A DNA stretch of 64,000 nucleotides, taken from an uncultured Planctomycetales bacterium (lineage in GTDB: Bacteria; Omnitrophota; Gorgyraeia; Zapsychrales; JANLHA01). Below the pieces are notes generated by a model. That model had not been told where the DNA came from. It saw nothing but the letters and a program-made list of their open reading frames with translations, and made no database searches. The stretch covers positions 57,730 to 121,729 of the forward strand of contig CAYJXI010000002.1 of NCBI GenBank assembly GCA_964374105.1, read 5' to 3'. Of the stretch, positions 47,161-56,643 are shown piece by piece (position 1 is the stretch's first letter; every line of letters starts with the position of its first letter). Both the position numbers and the translations under genes were made by a program.

Positions 47161-48111
47161 ATGTTCCGACGTAGTCTTTTAACTTTAATTTTTATTTTAT
47201 TATTTAATACCTTATCTTATGCCTTCTGGGTTTGGACTCCTGAGACAAACCAATGGGTTAATCCCAAATATGCGGTCAAGCAAACCCCTCAGGATCAACT
47301 GAACTTTGCCAAAGAATTTTACCAGGCCAAAGACTATAAAAAGGCCATCAACGAGTTCCAAAAATTGATCAAACATTACCCCCGGGCGCGGGAAGCGGCT
47401 GAGGCTCAGTTTTATATTGCCCGCTCTTATGAAGAGCAGGGAGAACTGTTTGCGGCCTTCAAGAATTATCAGACCGTTGTTGAGAAATACCCTTTCAGTG
47501 AGCGATCCTCAGAAATTATTAAAAGACAGTATGAGGTGGGAAATCAATTTTTAGAAGGAAAAGAAAGAAGGAATAAGTTCATGTCCACGGTGGCAGGGGA
47601 AGATTATAATATGATTGAGATTTTTCGCACCGTCATCAAGAATGCCCCTTACGGAGAATTTGCCGCCCCCTCCCAATACAAGATTGGACTTTATCTTCAA
47701 GAAAAACAATTGTTTCAAGAGGCCAGGGACGAATTTGAGAAGACGATCAATGATTATCCGGATTCAGAATGGGCCAAGGCGGCGAAATATCAGATAGCCC
47801 TTTCGGATGCCAAGCGCTCCGCCGAGGCGCAATATGATCAAAAGGTGACAAATTCTGCCATCGAGGAGTTCAAAGACTTTGTTAAGGACAATCCTGAAGT
47901 AGAATTATCCAAAGAAGCCAGAAATCAGATTTATCAGTTAAGAATCAAAGAGGCGGAGAATAATTATCTGATCGCGAAATTCTACGAAAAACAAAAACAA
48001 TATGATGCAGCCAAGGTCTATTACACGACCATAGTCGAAAAATATAAAAATACGCCTTGGGCAGCCAAGGCCTTGGAAAAGTTGCGTCAACTTAACCGCA
48101 ATAAGAAATAA
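47161..48111 (+). CDS. bamD: Outer-membrane protein assembly factor BamD-like TPR lipoprotein
   Basis: It has a signal peptide and TPR repeats (YQAKDYKKAINEFQKLIKHYP...). Confidence 0.65.
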   Translation: MFRRSLLTLIFILLFNTLSYAFWVWTPETNQWVNPKYAVKQTPQDQLNFAKEFYQAKDYKKAINEFQKLIKHYPRAREAAEAQFYIARSYEEQGELFAAFKNYQTVVEKYPFSERSSEIIKRQYEVGNQFLEGKERRNKFMSTVAGEDYNMIEIFRTVIKNAPYGEFAAPSQYKIGLYLQEKQLFQEARDEFEKTINDYPDSEWAKAAKYQIALSDAKRSAEAQYDQKVTNSAIEEFKDFVKDNPEVELSKEARNQIYQLRIKEAENNYLIAKFYEKQKQYDAAKVYYTTIVEKYKNTPWAAKALEKLRQLNRNKK

Positions 48112-48112
48112 A

Positions 48113-48646
48113 GTGAAAAGATTCAGTATCATCATTGGGATCATCCTCTATCTAGGCTCGGGGTGCGGATATTCAGCCAGATCGGCCTTGCCTGGGGGGG
48201 CAAAGTCTATTCACGTTGATAATATCAAAAATAGTATCGATTACACCTCAGATCAAGCCGATCGTGCCCGCAATATTTACCTTCCCCTTTTGGAAGTGAA
48301 GATCCGCAATGCGATCGTGGATCGATTCTTGTTTGACGGCAACTTACGGATCCAAGAGGCGGATATAGCCAACCTTTTTTTAAAGGGCGAATTGGTCAAT
48401 TATCAGCGAATCGCATTACGGTATACCGATAATAATGACGTGGAAGAATATCGTGTCCAGATCATTGTGAATTTAGTTTTATCGGATCAAAAGCAAGATG
48501 AGGTCATCTGGGAAGAGAAAGGATTTACCGGGGAGGCGACGTATTTTGTCAGTGGCCCTTCGGCCCGATCCGAGACTGCTGCCGTAGAAGAGGCAACAGT
48601 AGATTTGGCCAGACGAATTGTCGAACGAACAATTGAAAATTGGTAA
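48113..48646 (+). CDS. lptE: LPS-assembly lipoprotein LptE-like
   Basis: It has a lipobox (LGSGCGYS). The conserved leuS-lptE-holA synteny, as in E. coli, supports the call. Confidence 0.5.
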   Translation: MKRFSIIIGIILYLGSGCGYSARSALPGGAKSIHVDNIKNSIDYTSDQADRARNIYLPLLEVKIRNAIVDRFLFDGNLRIQEADIANLFLKGELVNYQRIALRYTDNNDVEEYRVQIIVNLVLSDQKQDEVIWEEKGFTGEATYFVSGPSARSETAAVEEATVDLARRIVERTIENW

Positions 48647-48742
48647 ATTCTAAAAATTACGACGAGAAGATTTGTTGTTTAGTCTATTGTGATTTTTGTA
48701 TTGTTTATTGTTTGTGATTTGTGAAACTGTCAGTTGTAAATT

Positions 48743-49471
48743 TTGGGTCACTCAACTAATAAGCATTTACATCCACTTGCTTTTAATTCACTCATTTTTA
48801 ATATTTTTATGATTTATTTTTTCTTAGGGGATGACAAGAAACACGATACCCAAATTTTGGAGCTCAAACAAAAGTATCTCACAACCCCCTTAGCTTTGCA
48901 ATTTGATTGCGATGTCCTTACGGCAACGAAACTCGATAAAGACTCTCTTAAGAAAACCCTCCTTTTAGTTCCGGCGGTTTCCAAGCAACGTTTGATTGTG
49001 ATCCGTGACTGTCATCAGATGAATGAAGATAACAAGACCTTTCTTGTGGATTTTGTTAGCCATCGACCGGATGAGGTTGTTTTGATTTTAGAGTCCCGGG
49101 AATTAACGTCGCAAGATTCTTTTGTGAAGAGATTAAAATCCTTTGCTAAGATCAGTGAGAGTTTCATTGAAGAAAAGACCAATGTCTTTAGCATGACCCG
49201 TGCCTTAAGCGAAAGGCGTCTCTCTGAGGCTTTAAAGATATTATCCGAGCTTCTAATGGAAGGGGTCCATCCCTTGCAAATCATGGGTGGGGTTGTCTGG
49301 TTTTGGGGAAAAACGAGATCCCAGTTATCTTTTTATCAATTTGAAAATGGTCTAAAGGTATTAGAAGAAGCGGATTTGAATATGAAGAGAAGTCGCTTGA
49401 AGCCCGATTACACTTTGGAAGTCTTGATCACCAAATTGGCTGAAATTCTTAGAGCGCCACAAAAGGGATGA
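48743..49471 (+). CDS. holA: DNA polymerase III delta subunit (compact HolA)
   Basis: The position after leuS-lptE and a delta-like N-domain pattern (YFFLGDD...RLIVIRDCHQM) support the call. Confidence 0.55.
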   Translation: MGHSTNKHLHPLAFNSLIFNIFMIYFFLGDDKKHDTQILELKQKYLTTPLALQFDCDVLTATKLDKDSLKKTLLLVPAVSKQRLIVIRDCHQMNEDNKTFLVDFVSHRPDEVVLILESRELTSQDSFVKRLKSFAKISESFIEEKTNVFSMTRALSERRLSEALKILSELLMEGVHPLQIMGGVVWFWGKTRSQLSFYQFENGLKVLEEADLNMKRSRLKPDYTLEVLITKLAEILRAPQKG

Positions 49472-49495
49472 ATTTAAAATCCGGGAGGGACGTTT

Positions 49496-49771
49496 TCAAT
49501 TTTTAAGACCGGCTAGCAACCGAGCAAAACTCGATTTTCGACGGGCTGCCGTATTCTTATGGAGGAGATTTCGTTTAGTTGCTTTATCTAACTTTTTATA
49601 GAGAGTCTTTAAGTTGACAGCTGCCTCGGTTAAATTTTTATTATTAACCGAAATCAGAAATCTCTTGATGGTTTTCTTAAGGTCCGTTTTAATGTCGAGA
49701 TTATGCAGCTTTCTTTTTAAACTTTTTCGTAAATCTTTGATACCCGTTCTTCGTTGAGGCAAATCAATCAC
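49496..49771 (-). CDS. rpsT: 30S ribosomal protein S20
   Basis: 91 aa. The basic, alpha-helical sequence ends ...LHKNTAARRKSSFARLL as S20 does. Confidence 0.85.
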   Translation of the reverse strand: MIDLPQRRTGIKDLRKSLKRKLHNLDIKTDLKKTIKRFLISVNNKNLTEAAVNLKTLYKKLDKATKRNLLHKNTAARRKSSFARLLAGLKN

Positions 49772-49814
49772 TCCTTTCTTTAAGAAGCCTATACTTTATC
49801 AGAGAGGTTTAAGG

Positions 49815-51374
49815 ATGTCAACTGTAAATTCTTCTGAGGGTGAACATCAACGTTTAATCCTCAAATCAACTTCTTTGATTGCCTTGGGAACCTTGAGTTC
49901 CCGTATCTTGGGATTTTTTCGAGATATTATCTTGGCCAATATCTTTGGGACAGGGATGAAGGCGGATTGTTTTTTTGTAGCCCTTAAGATCCCTAATCTG
50001 TTTCGGGATCTGGTGGGGGAGGGGGCAACGAACTCTGCCGTCGTTCCCGTCCTATCCGAATATCACCAGAAAAAGGAAAGGAAAGAATTCTGGCAATTTG
50101 TGGCGGTGATCTTTCTCTGGGCCTTTTTGATTTTAAGTTTCCTTACCATGATCGGTGTTTTAATGGCCCCTTTTCTTATCCGCGTCATTGCCCCTGGCTT
50201 TCTAGATGATCTTGAGAAATTCTCTTTGACGGTTCAGTTAACCCGGATGATGTTCCCTTATTTGATCTTTATTGGTCTGGTGGCCTACAGTATGGCGATT
50301 TTATATACTTTCCGATTGTTTTTAGTTCCAGCCTTTAGTCCTTGTTTGTTGAATATCGCCATGATCACAAGCGCGGTTTTGGCCGCTTCCACAATGCCAG
50401 AACCCATTTATGGGCTGGCGATTGGGGTTCTGGCAGGGGGAATCTTGCAGTTCTTGGTTCAGATTCCTCCTTTATTCAAAACTGGAATCATTTGGCAATG
50501 GCCCAGGAGTTTAAACCATCCGGGGGTGGCCAAGGTTGGGAGGCTTTTGATCCCTCGCTTATTCGGGGCGGGGATTTATCAATTGAGTGTTTTTGTGGAT
50601 ACGTTCTGTGCCTCGTTATCTTTTCTGGTTGGGTTGGGCGGGATTTCCGCGATTTATTATGCCAATAGAATTGTCCAATTCCCCATGGGGATCTTTAGCA
50701 TTGCCTTGGCCTCGGCGGTTTTGCCTACTCTCTCGAGTTTGGCGGCTTTAAACAATCATGATCAATTGAAGAGCACTTTAAAATTTGCCATCGCCAATAA
50801 TTTCTTTATAATGTTTCCCATCAGTTTTGCGTTGATCCTCTTGGCCGAACCGGTGATCCGCGTTCTTTTTGAAAGAGGGGAATTTGACCATTATTCCACG
50901 ATGATCACTGCCATCACCTTATTGTTTTATTCGATAGGTTTGTTTAGTTTTGGCGGGATCAAAATTCTGGTGACCGTCTTTTATGCCCTGCAGGACACCA
51001 AAACCCCGGTTAAGGTGGCAGCCTTTTGCCTTGTTTTGAATATTCTGCTCAATGTCCTTTTGATCAAGCCCTTAAAAATAGGAGGGATTGCTTTAGCCAA
51101 TTCCCTCGCCTCTTTGACCAATTTTTTGATTTTATTTTATCTGATTGAAAAAAGATTAGGGGAAATTACTTCCCAGCTGAAGTTGGTGGTAGGAAAGGTA
51201 ACCTTCGCTACCCTTGGTTTGGGGGTCTTTGTTTCCTGGTCTAAATTTTTGATCAGCCAGGAAGTGCTCCTGTTGTTGTTGGTGGGGTTCCTGGGGCCTG
51301 TGATTTATGGTCTATTGTGTTATGCCTTAAAGGTAGAAACAATGAAGTCGTTCTTCTCTTTGCTTAAGCGCTAG
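49815..51374 (+). CDS. murJ: Lipid II flippase MurJ (MviN)
   Basis: 519 aa with 14 TM helices. The N-terminal RDIILANIFGTGMKADCFFVALKIPNLFRDL is characteristic. Confidence 0.9.
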   Translation: MSTVNSSEGEHQRLILKSTSLIALGTLSSRILGFFRDIILANIFGTGMKADCFFVALKIPNLFRDLVGEGATNSAVVPVLSEYHQKKERKEFWQFVAVIFLWAFLILSFLTMIGVLMAPFLIRVIAPGFLDDLEKFSLTVQLTRMMFPYLIFIGLVAYSMAILYTFRLFLVPAFSPCLLNIAMITSAVLAASTMPEPIYGLAIGVLAGGILQFLVQIPPLFKTGIIWQWPRSLNHPGVAKVGRLLIPRLFGAGIYQLSVFVDTFCASLSFLVGLGGISAIYYANRIVQFPMGIFSIALASAVLPTLSSLAALNNHDQLKSTLKFAIANNFFIMFPISFALILLAEPVIRVLFERGEFDHYSTMITAITLLFYSIGLFSFGGIKILVTVFYALQDTKTPVKVAAFCLVLNILLNVLLIKPLKIGGIALANSLASLTNFLILFYLIEKRLGEITSQLKLVVGKVTFATLGLGVFVSWSKFLISQEVLLLLLVGFLGPVIYGLLCYALKVETMKSFFSLLKR

Positions 51375-51446
51375 AGATAAAGGAAATAAAAGTACCGGGT
51401 GCTTCGGGGATAGGTAACGGATATTTTCTCATTTAACGTATCCTTT

Positions 51447-51610
51447 GGGTAGCCGAATATGTGTCCAAATAAAATGCTTATTCTCGATGACAATAGTGGC
51501 TTGAGAGATGATTTGTGCTATCCCCGAATGTCTTAATCGGTCCCGCCTTGGCGGGGCTGCTTTCGCAGGAATGACAAATCTAATAATTTGGACATGAGTG
51601 GGGGTAGCCG
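51447..51610. mobile_element. MITE-like element: imperfect terminal inverted repeats flanking a REP palindrome
   Basis: The left arm is gggtagccgaatatgtgtccaaat and the right arm is atttggacatgagtgggggtagccg. The core tccccgaatgtcttaatcggtcccgccttggcggggctgctttcgcaggaatgac is related to the 17.2 kb copy. Confidence 0.5.
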
Positions 51611-51625
51611 GTAGCTTCCAATGCT

Positions 51626-52861
51626 ATGGACTTGAAAGAAAAAATCAAGAGCCTGCCTTTGACGAGCGGTGTTTATCTTATGAAAAATTCGAAGAATGAG
51701 GTCCTCTATGTCGGCAAGGCGGTCTCTTTACGCAAACGGCTTCAATCATACTCCCGGTCATCTAAAACATTTTCAAAGACCGATTTGCTTATCTCTGCGC
51801 TAGACGATGTAGAAGTGATTACGACGCATAGTGAGGCCGAGGCCCTCATCTTAGAAGCCAGTCTGATTAAAAAATATCAGCCCAAATACAATGTGGAACT
51901 GCGGGATGATAAAAGTTATCCCTTTATCGAAGTGACAGATGAGAAGTTCCCGCGGATTGCGGTTGTTCGTCCAAGAAAAAGAAATCCGGGATCCCAGTAT
52001 TATGGCCCTTATGTGAATCCCCGTTTGATCCGGAAGGCCCTTTCGATCATCCGCAAAATTTTCCACTTTCGAACCTGTAATCCCTTTCCGAATAAAGAGT
52101 GCCTTGATTATCACATTGGGCTTTGTGATGCCCCTTGCATCCAAAATATCAGCGAGGAAGAATATCGAAAGAATATCGAGAATGTGTGTTTCATTCTAGA
52201 AGGGAAAAAGGATGAATTGTATCGAAATTTAAGGCAACAGATGGAAACTTTAGCCCGAGAGAAAAAGTATGAACAGGCCGCAAAGGTCAGAGATCAATTG
52301 CGGGCGATCGGTGCCCTTTATTCGGGAACACGAGACATCAATTATTATAAGGAATCAGAACAGCTTCAGCGAATCTTAGGGTTACCCAAACGTCCGGAAA
52401 GGATAGAGGCGTTTGACATTTCCAACATCATGGGGAACCAAAGTGTAGGATCGATGGTGTCTTTTTTTAATGGCCAACCGGATAAAAATTATTATCGGCG
52501 TTTTCGCATCAAAGAAGTTGCGGGAATCGATGATTTTAAAATGATGGCCGAGATTGTGAAACGCCGTTACCGACGTCTTAAAAATGAAGGGGCTACCTTT
52601 CCTGATCTGATTGTGATCGATGGCGGGAAAGGACAATTATCAGCGGCCTTGGAACAACTAGTAGGATTAAAGATAGAAATCCCCATAATTTCTTTGGCCA
52701 AAAGAGAAGAAGAGATTTTTGTTCCCCACAAAAAAAACTCCATTGTGTTGCCCAAGGATTCTCTAGGGTTAAAACTTTTACAGCGAATCAGAGATGAAGC
52801 GCACCGATTTGCCGTCTCTTATCATCGCATTCTAAGAAGGAAAAACACGTTTCCTTCTTGA
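51626..52861 (+). CDS. uvrC: Short UvrC-family excinuclease (GIY-YIG plus endonuclease domain, no C-terminal (HhH)2)
   Basis: The GIY-YIG domain reads SGVYLMKNSKNEVLYVGKA. UvrBC-interaction and RNase-H-like regions are present (…RDEAHRFAV). The protein ends at 411 aa, against about 600 aa for canonical UvrC. Confidence 0.7.
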   Translation: MDLKEKIKSLPLTSGVYLMKNSKNEVLYVGKAVSLRKRLQSYSRSSKTFSKTDLLISALDDVEVITTHSEAEALILEASLIKKYQPKYNVELRDDKSYPFIEVTDEKFPRIAVVRPRKRNPGSQYYGPYVNPRLIRKALSIIRKIFHFRTCNPFPNKECLDYHIGLCDAPCIQNISEEEYRKNIENVCFILEGKKDELYRNLRQQMETLAREKKYEQAAKVRDQLRAIGALYSGTRDINYYKESEQLQRILGLPKRPERIEAFDISNIMGNQSVGSMVSFFNGQPDKNYYRRFRIKEVAGIDDFKMMAEIVKRRYRRLKNEGATFPDLIVIDGGKGQLSAALEQLVGLKIEIPIISLAKREEEIFVPHKKNSIVLPKDSLGLKLLQRIRDEAHRFAVSYHRILRRKNTFPS

Positions 52862-53175
52862 CTCGATTAATAGATTCAGTAAAAATGAAAGCGAAGATAT
52901 TAACCGATTTTGAGTGGAAGGTCTTAAAGGAGACTTTAAAAATCCCTTTGGGAGAGACACGAACCTACAAATGGATTGCCCAAAGGATCGGTCATCCTAA
53001 AGCTGGCAGGGCGGTAGGCCAGGCCTTGAGGAGAAATCCTTATCCCTTGATCATTCCCTGTCATCGGGTGATTCGCGCAGATGGTTCGCTGGGCGGATAC
53101 GCAGGCCATAGGACACAAAAAAAAGCCCAATTGTTGGCGCTGGAGAGAAGGATAGCCCATCATTTTAAAAGATAA
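52858..53175 (+). CDS. Stand-alone methylated-DNA-protein-cysteine methyltransferase (MGMT/Ogt) C-terminal domain protein
   Basis: The active-site motif IPCHRVIRADGSLGGY is present. The likely true start is the ATG at 52885 (MKAKIL...). It overlaps or abuts the uvrC-like stop. Confidence 0.7.
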   Translation: MTRLIDSVKMKAKILTDFEWKVLKETLKIPLGETRTYKWIAQRIGHPKAGRAVGQALRRNPYPLIIPCHRVIRADGSLGGYAGHRTQKKAQLLALERRIAHHFKR

Positions 53176-53258
53176 AAAGAAAATTTTTTCTTCTTTGAGT
53201 TAAGAGACATTTTTAGATTTATAGCAGTAAGTAACGAAGGAAAGTTTAACAAAAACCT

Positions 53259-54065
53259 ATGAGAATAATCTTTAGGGTCTTCCTGGCAGTCATTTGTCTC
53301 TGCTTGGCCATCATAGCTTATTATCAATGGTCAGAATTTCGCTATTTACAAGAATTAGGTGGGAGTAGACATTGTGGCCAGGATTATGATAGGGAAGCGG
53401 TCGTGAAAGAAATTATTAGTTTCAATGAACTGCTTCTTACCAATGGGCAACGCGTTCGTTTGATAGGTATGCTCATTCCAGATCAAAATTCCGGTCAGCA
53501 AAGATATTACTCAGTAATTTCGAGTAATGACTTTGGAGAGGGATACCATTTAACAATCGTAAAAGATAATATAGAATGGATTGCCCAAGAAGCGGCTTCT
53601 TTCCTTGAGGCTGCCGTTGAAGGGCGGCATGTTTGTTTAGAGTTCGATCAACAGAAGAAAGACAAAGATGGAAGATTATTGGCTTATGTTTATTTGTCTC
53701 GCACAAGTTATTATAATATGGAACCTGCGCCTCAAGAAAAGGAGTTCCTTTATCAACCTGGTTTAGATAGATTGCCTTTCGAAGGGAAATACCTGCTCAT
53801 CAATAAATATCTCCTTATTTTTTATAATCTTGGTTCTTCAGACGATCCTTCCCATTTAAAACATGCTGAATTATTCAGAGATCTTTATAACAATTATTCA
53901 ATATATCAAACTGAGCAAACCTGTTTGGTTTATGAAGACTGCCAGGATATAGATTGTTCGGTTTTTAGGGAAAGAGTCGATGATTCGTTTCAGAAAATTT
54001 GTACGGAGGGAAAATGTGAATGTGCTTATTATAATCATTACGGTTATTTTTTTCATAGACGTTGA
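53259..54065 (+). CDS. Thermonuclease (SNase-like) family protein with an N-terminal membrane anchor
   Basis: GQRVRLIGMLIPD and DKDGRLLAYVYL parallel the staphylococcal nuclease motifs (VRLIGVDTPE; DKYGRGLAYIY). Confidence 0.5.
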   Translation: MRIIFRVFLAVICLCLAIIAYYQWSEFRYLQELGGSRHCGQDYDREAVVKEIISFNELLLTNGQRVRLIGMLIPDQNSGQQRYYSVISSNDFGEGYHLTIVKDNIEWIAQEAASFLEAAVEGRHVCLEFDQQKKDKDGRLLAYVYLSRTSYYNMEPAPQEKEFLYQPGLDRLPFEGKYLLINKYLLIFYNLGSSDDPSHLKHAELFRDLYNNYSIYQTEQTCLVYEDCQDIDCSVFRERVDDSFQKICTEGKCECAYYNHYGYFFHRR

Positions 54066-54326
54066 TAGATGTGACCCAGTGGACCGTTTACGGGACTAGG
54101 GGAGGTTAAAGATAAAGACCGTTTTTGCTAACCATAGGCAGGAGTGATAGGTTGTGTCAGCAGTGCCCCTTTAAGGACACTTCTAGTGAAAATTATTGAT
54201 GCATTTAAAGTTATTTAGAAACGGTCTTGTTGAGATACAACAGTTTCAGATTTGTAGGAAATGTATTTTTATCCGATGGATTTATAAGTAAAATACCTCC
54301 AAATAACGAAAAATAATAGAAGACTT

Positions 54327-55406
54327 ATGGATCTTAAAAATTTATTTAAGATGATGGTGGAAAAAGAGGCTTCGGATTTATTCCTGCGGACCGATACCTA
54401 TCCGCGGGCGCGAATTCATGGGGTGGTGAAGATTATTGATTCAGAAAAGATCACCAAAGAAGAGATGGTCAATGCGACCAATACTCTTTTGGCCACTGAT
54501 GAGCGTAAAAAAAGATTTGCTGAGAACATGGATATTGATTTTGCCCATTATGAAGCGGAGGTAGGCAGATTCCGGATCAATATCTTTATCCAGCGAGGGA
54601 CACCGGCGATTGTGGCCAGACACATTCATACCCATGTGAAGACCTTTCAGGAATTGAATCTTCCGGATGAACTTTTAAAAAAATTATGCGAAGAATCTTC
54701 CGGACTTGTTATTATTTCCGGTCCAGCCGGAAGCGGAAAATCAACGACCATCGCCAGCATGATGGATTACATCAATCAAAATAGTGAAAAACACATCGTC
54801 ACCTTAGAGGATCCCATTGAATTCATCTTCGAAGATCAAAAAAGTATCATTAATCAGAGGGAACTAGGGGCGGATGTCCATTCGTATCCGGCGGCCCTTA
54901 AACATGTGACGCAACAAAGTCCGGATATCATTTATATTGGAACAATCCGGGATGTCGATACTATGCGGGCGGCCATCCATTCCACTGAATTAGGAACCTT
55001 TGTCTTGACCACTTTTCATACGGTCAATGCAGTCCAAACCATTACCAGGATTATTAATTTCTTCCCTCCTTATTTACACGATGAAGTCCGGATGCAGCTT
55101 TCGATTATTCTTAAAAGCGTTATCTCCTTAAGGCTCCTGCCCCGTTTGGATAAAACGGGCCGTATCCCAGCCTTTGAAACTATAGTTGTCACTCCCACCA
55201 TTGCCCGTCTTATCAGGGAAGGGAATATCAATCAAATCCAATCCTTCATTGATGAGGGTGAATTATTCGGGATGCAGTCCTTCAAAAAGTCCCTGGTCCA
55301 CTTGGTCAAGCAGGGGATCGTTGCCGAAGAAGATGCCCGCAAGGCGGCCGACAGCAAAGATGATTTCAATCTGGAATTGAGGGGAGTCAAGAGATTTCAA
55401 AAATAA
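54327..55406 (+). CDS. pilT: Type IV pilus retraction ATPase PilT/PilU family
   Basis: ASDLFL, Walker A (GPAGSGKSTT), Asp box and His box are present. Confidence 0.85.
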   Translation: MDLKNLFKMMVEKEASDLFLRTDTYPRARIHGVVKIIDSEKITKEEMVNATNTLLATDERKKRFAENMDIDFAHYEAEVGRFRINIFIQRGTPAIVARHIHTHVKTFQELNLPDELLKKLCEESSGLVIISGPAGSGKSTTIASMMDYINQNSEKHIVTLEDPIEFIFEDQKSIINQRELGADVHSYPAALKHVTQQSPDIIYIGTIRDVDTMRAAIHSTELGTFVLTTFHTVNAVQTITRIINFFPPYLHDEVRMQLSIILKSVISLRLLPRLDKTGRIPAFETIVVTPTIARLIREGNINQIQSFIDEGELFGMQSFKKSLVHLVKQGIVAEEDARKAADSKDDFNLELRGVKRFQK

Positions 55407-55420
55407 TTTTTAAATAGAAT

Positions 55421-55479
55421 GGGGGACGTTTCTATTTTTCAGGTGAAGATAAGAATTAAAAATAGAAACGTCCCCCTAA
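55421..55479 (+). terminator. Perfect 19-bp inverted repeat after pilT
   Basis: gggggacgtttctattttt ... aaaaatagaaacgtccccc. A tataat -10 element for prfB follows. Confidence 0.6.
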
Positions 55480-55540
55480 ATATTATGTTATAATACCCCT
55501 CAATAATTTAACTTTTGAAGACAATTTTTGATTTAAAACA

Positions 55541-56639
55541 ATGTTAGACGATATTCTGCAAAAGACCGAATCTCTTGATGAGAAACTCGCCCAATTAAGG
55601 GGGTTTCTTTGACATCCCCAAGAAACGAGAAGAAATCCAGTCCATCCAAGAAAAAATGTCCCAGCCCAATTTCTGGCAAGAAGTAGAATCTTCCAGCAAA
55701 TTAGTGAGTGTACTTAAAAACCTCAAATCCTGTGTGGATCCCTTTGAAAAATGTGTAAAAAAGTTGGAAGACATTAGGGCACTGGCAGAGGTTTCGCTTA
55801 AAGAGAGAGATGAGGAATTTTTAAAACATCTTGAAGAAGAAATTGGGACACTGGAAAAAGAAATTCAGACCCTAGAGACCCAATCCTTTTTAAATGGGCC
55901 CTTTGATCGAAACAATGCCATTTTGAGTATCAATGCCGGAGCAGGCGGGACAGAATCCTGTGATTGGAGCAATATGTTATTAAGGATGTATACCCGCTGG
56001 GCGGATAACCACCATTATCGGGTGATGATGACCGACATTCTGCCTGGCGAGGAGGCCGGGATTAAAAATGTGACCTTGACTATTGAAGGGGAAATGGTTT
56101 ATGGGTATCTTAAAGGGGAAAAAGGGGTTCATCGCTTAGTGAGGATTTCTCCCTTTGATGCCAATAAAAGACGGCATACCTCCTTTGCCTCAGTGGATGT
56201 TATTCCTGAGATTGAAGATGAGATTGAGGTCCAGATCAATCCCGATGATTTAAGGATAGACATCTTCCGTTCTTCCGGACCCGGAGGGCAGAGTGTCAAC
56301 ACCGCGGATTCGGCCGTGAGGATGACGCATATACCAACGGGAATTGTGGTCCAATGCCAGAATGAACGTTCTCAACTGCAAAATAGACAAACGGCCATGA
56401 AGATCTTAAGAGCACGATTGTATGAACGAAAAAGTAAAGAGCAAGAAGAACGGATGGCCAAAGAATATGGAAAGAAGCAGAAAATCGAATGGGGAAGTCA
56501 GATCCGATCGTATGTGATGCATCCCTATTTCCTGGTCAAAGATCACCGCACAGAAATTGAGACAGCTCAAGTACAAAAGGTTATGGATGGGGATTTAAGT
56601 TTGTTTATTGAGGGCTATCTTAGAATGAAGAAAGAATAA
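55541..56639 (+). CDS. prfB: Peptide chain release factor 2, made by programmed +1 ribosomal frameshift
   Basis: Frame 0 reads [23 protein letters not shown] then UGA. The classic shift site CUU UGA C lies at 55607-55613, preceded by the SD-like AGGGGG at 55598-55603. The +1 frame continues [10 protein letters not shown]...SQPNFWQEV through the GGQ motif (SGPGGQSVN). Confidence 0.9.
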
Positions 56640-56643
56640 ACTC

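Noticed and set aside
50342-50668. 108-aa ORF in an alternative frame within murJ
   Set aside because: It is embedded in a 14-TM MurJ gene with clear conservation. It is a shadow ORF.
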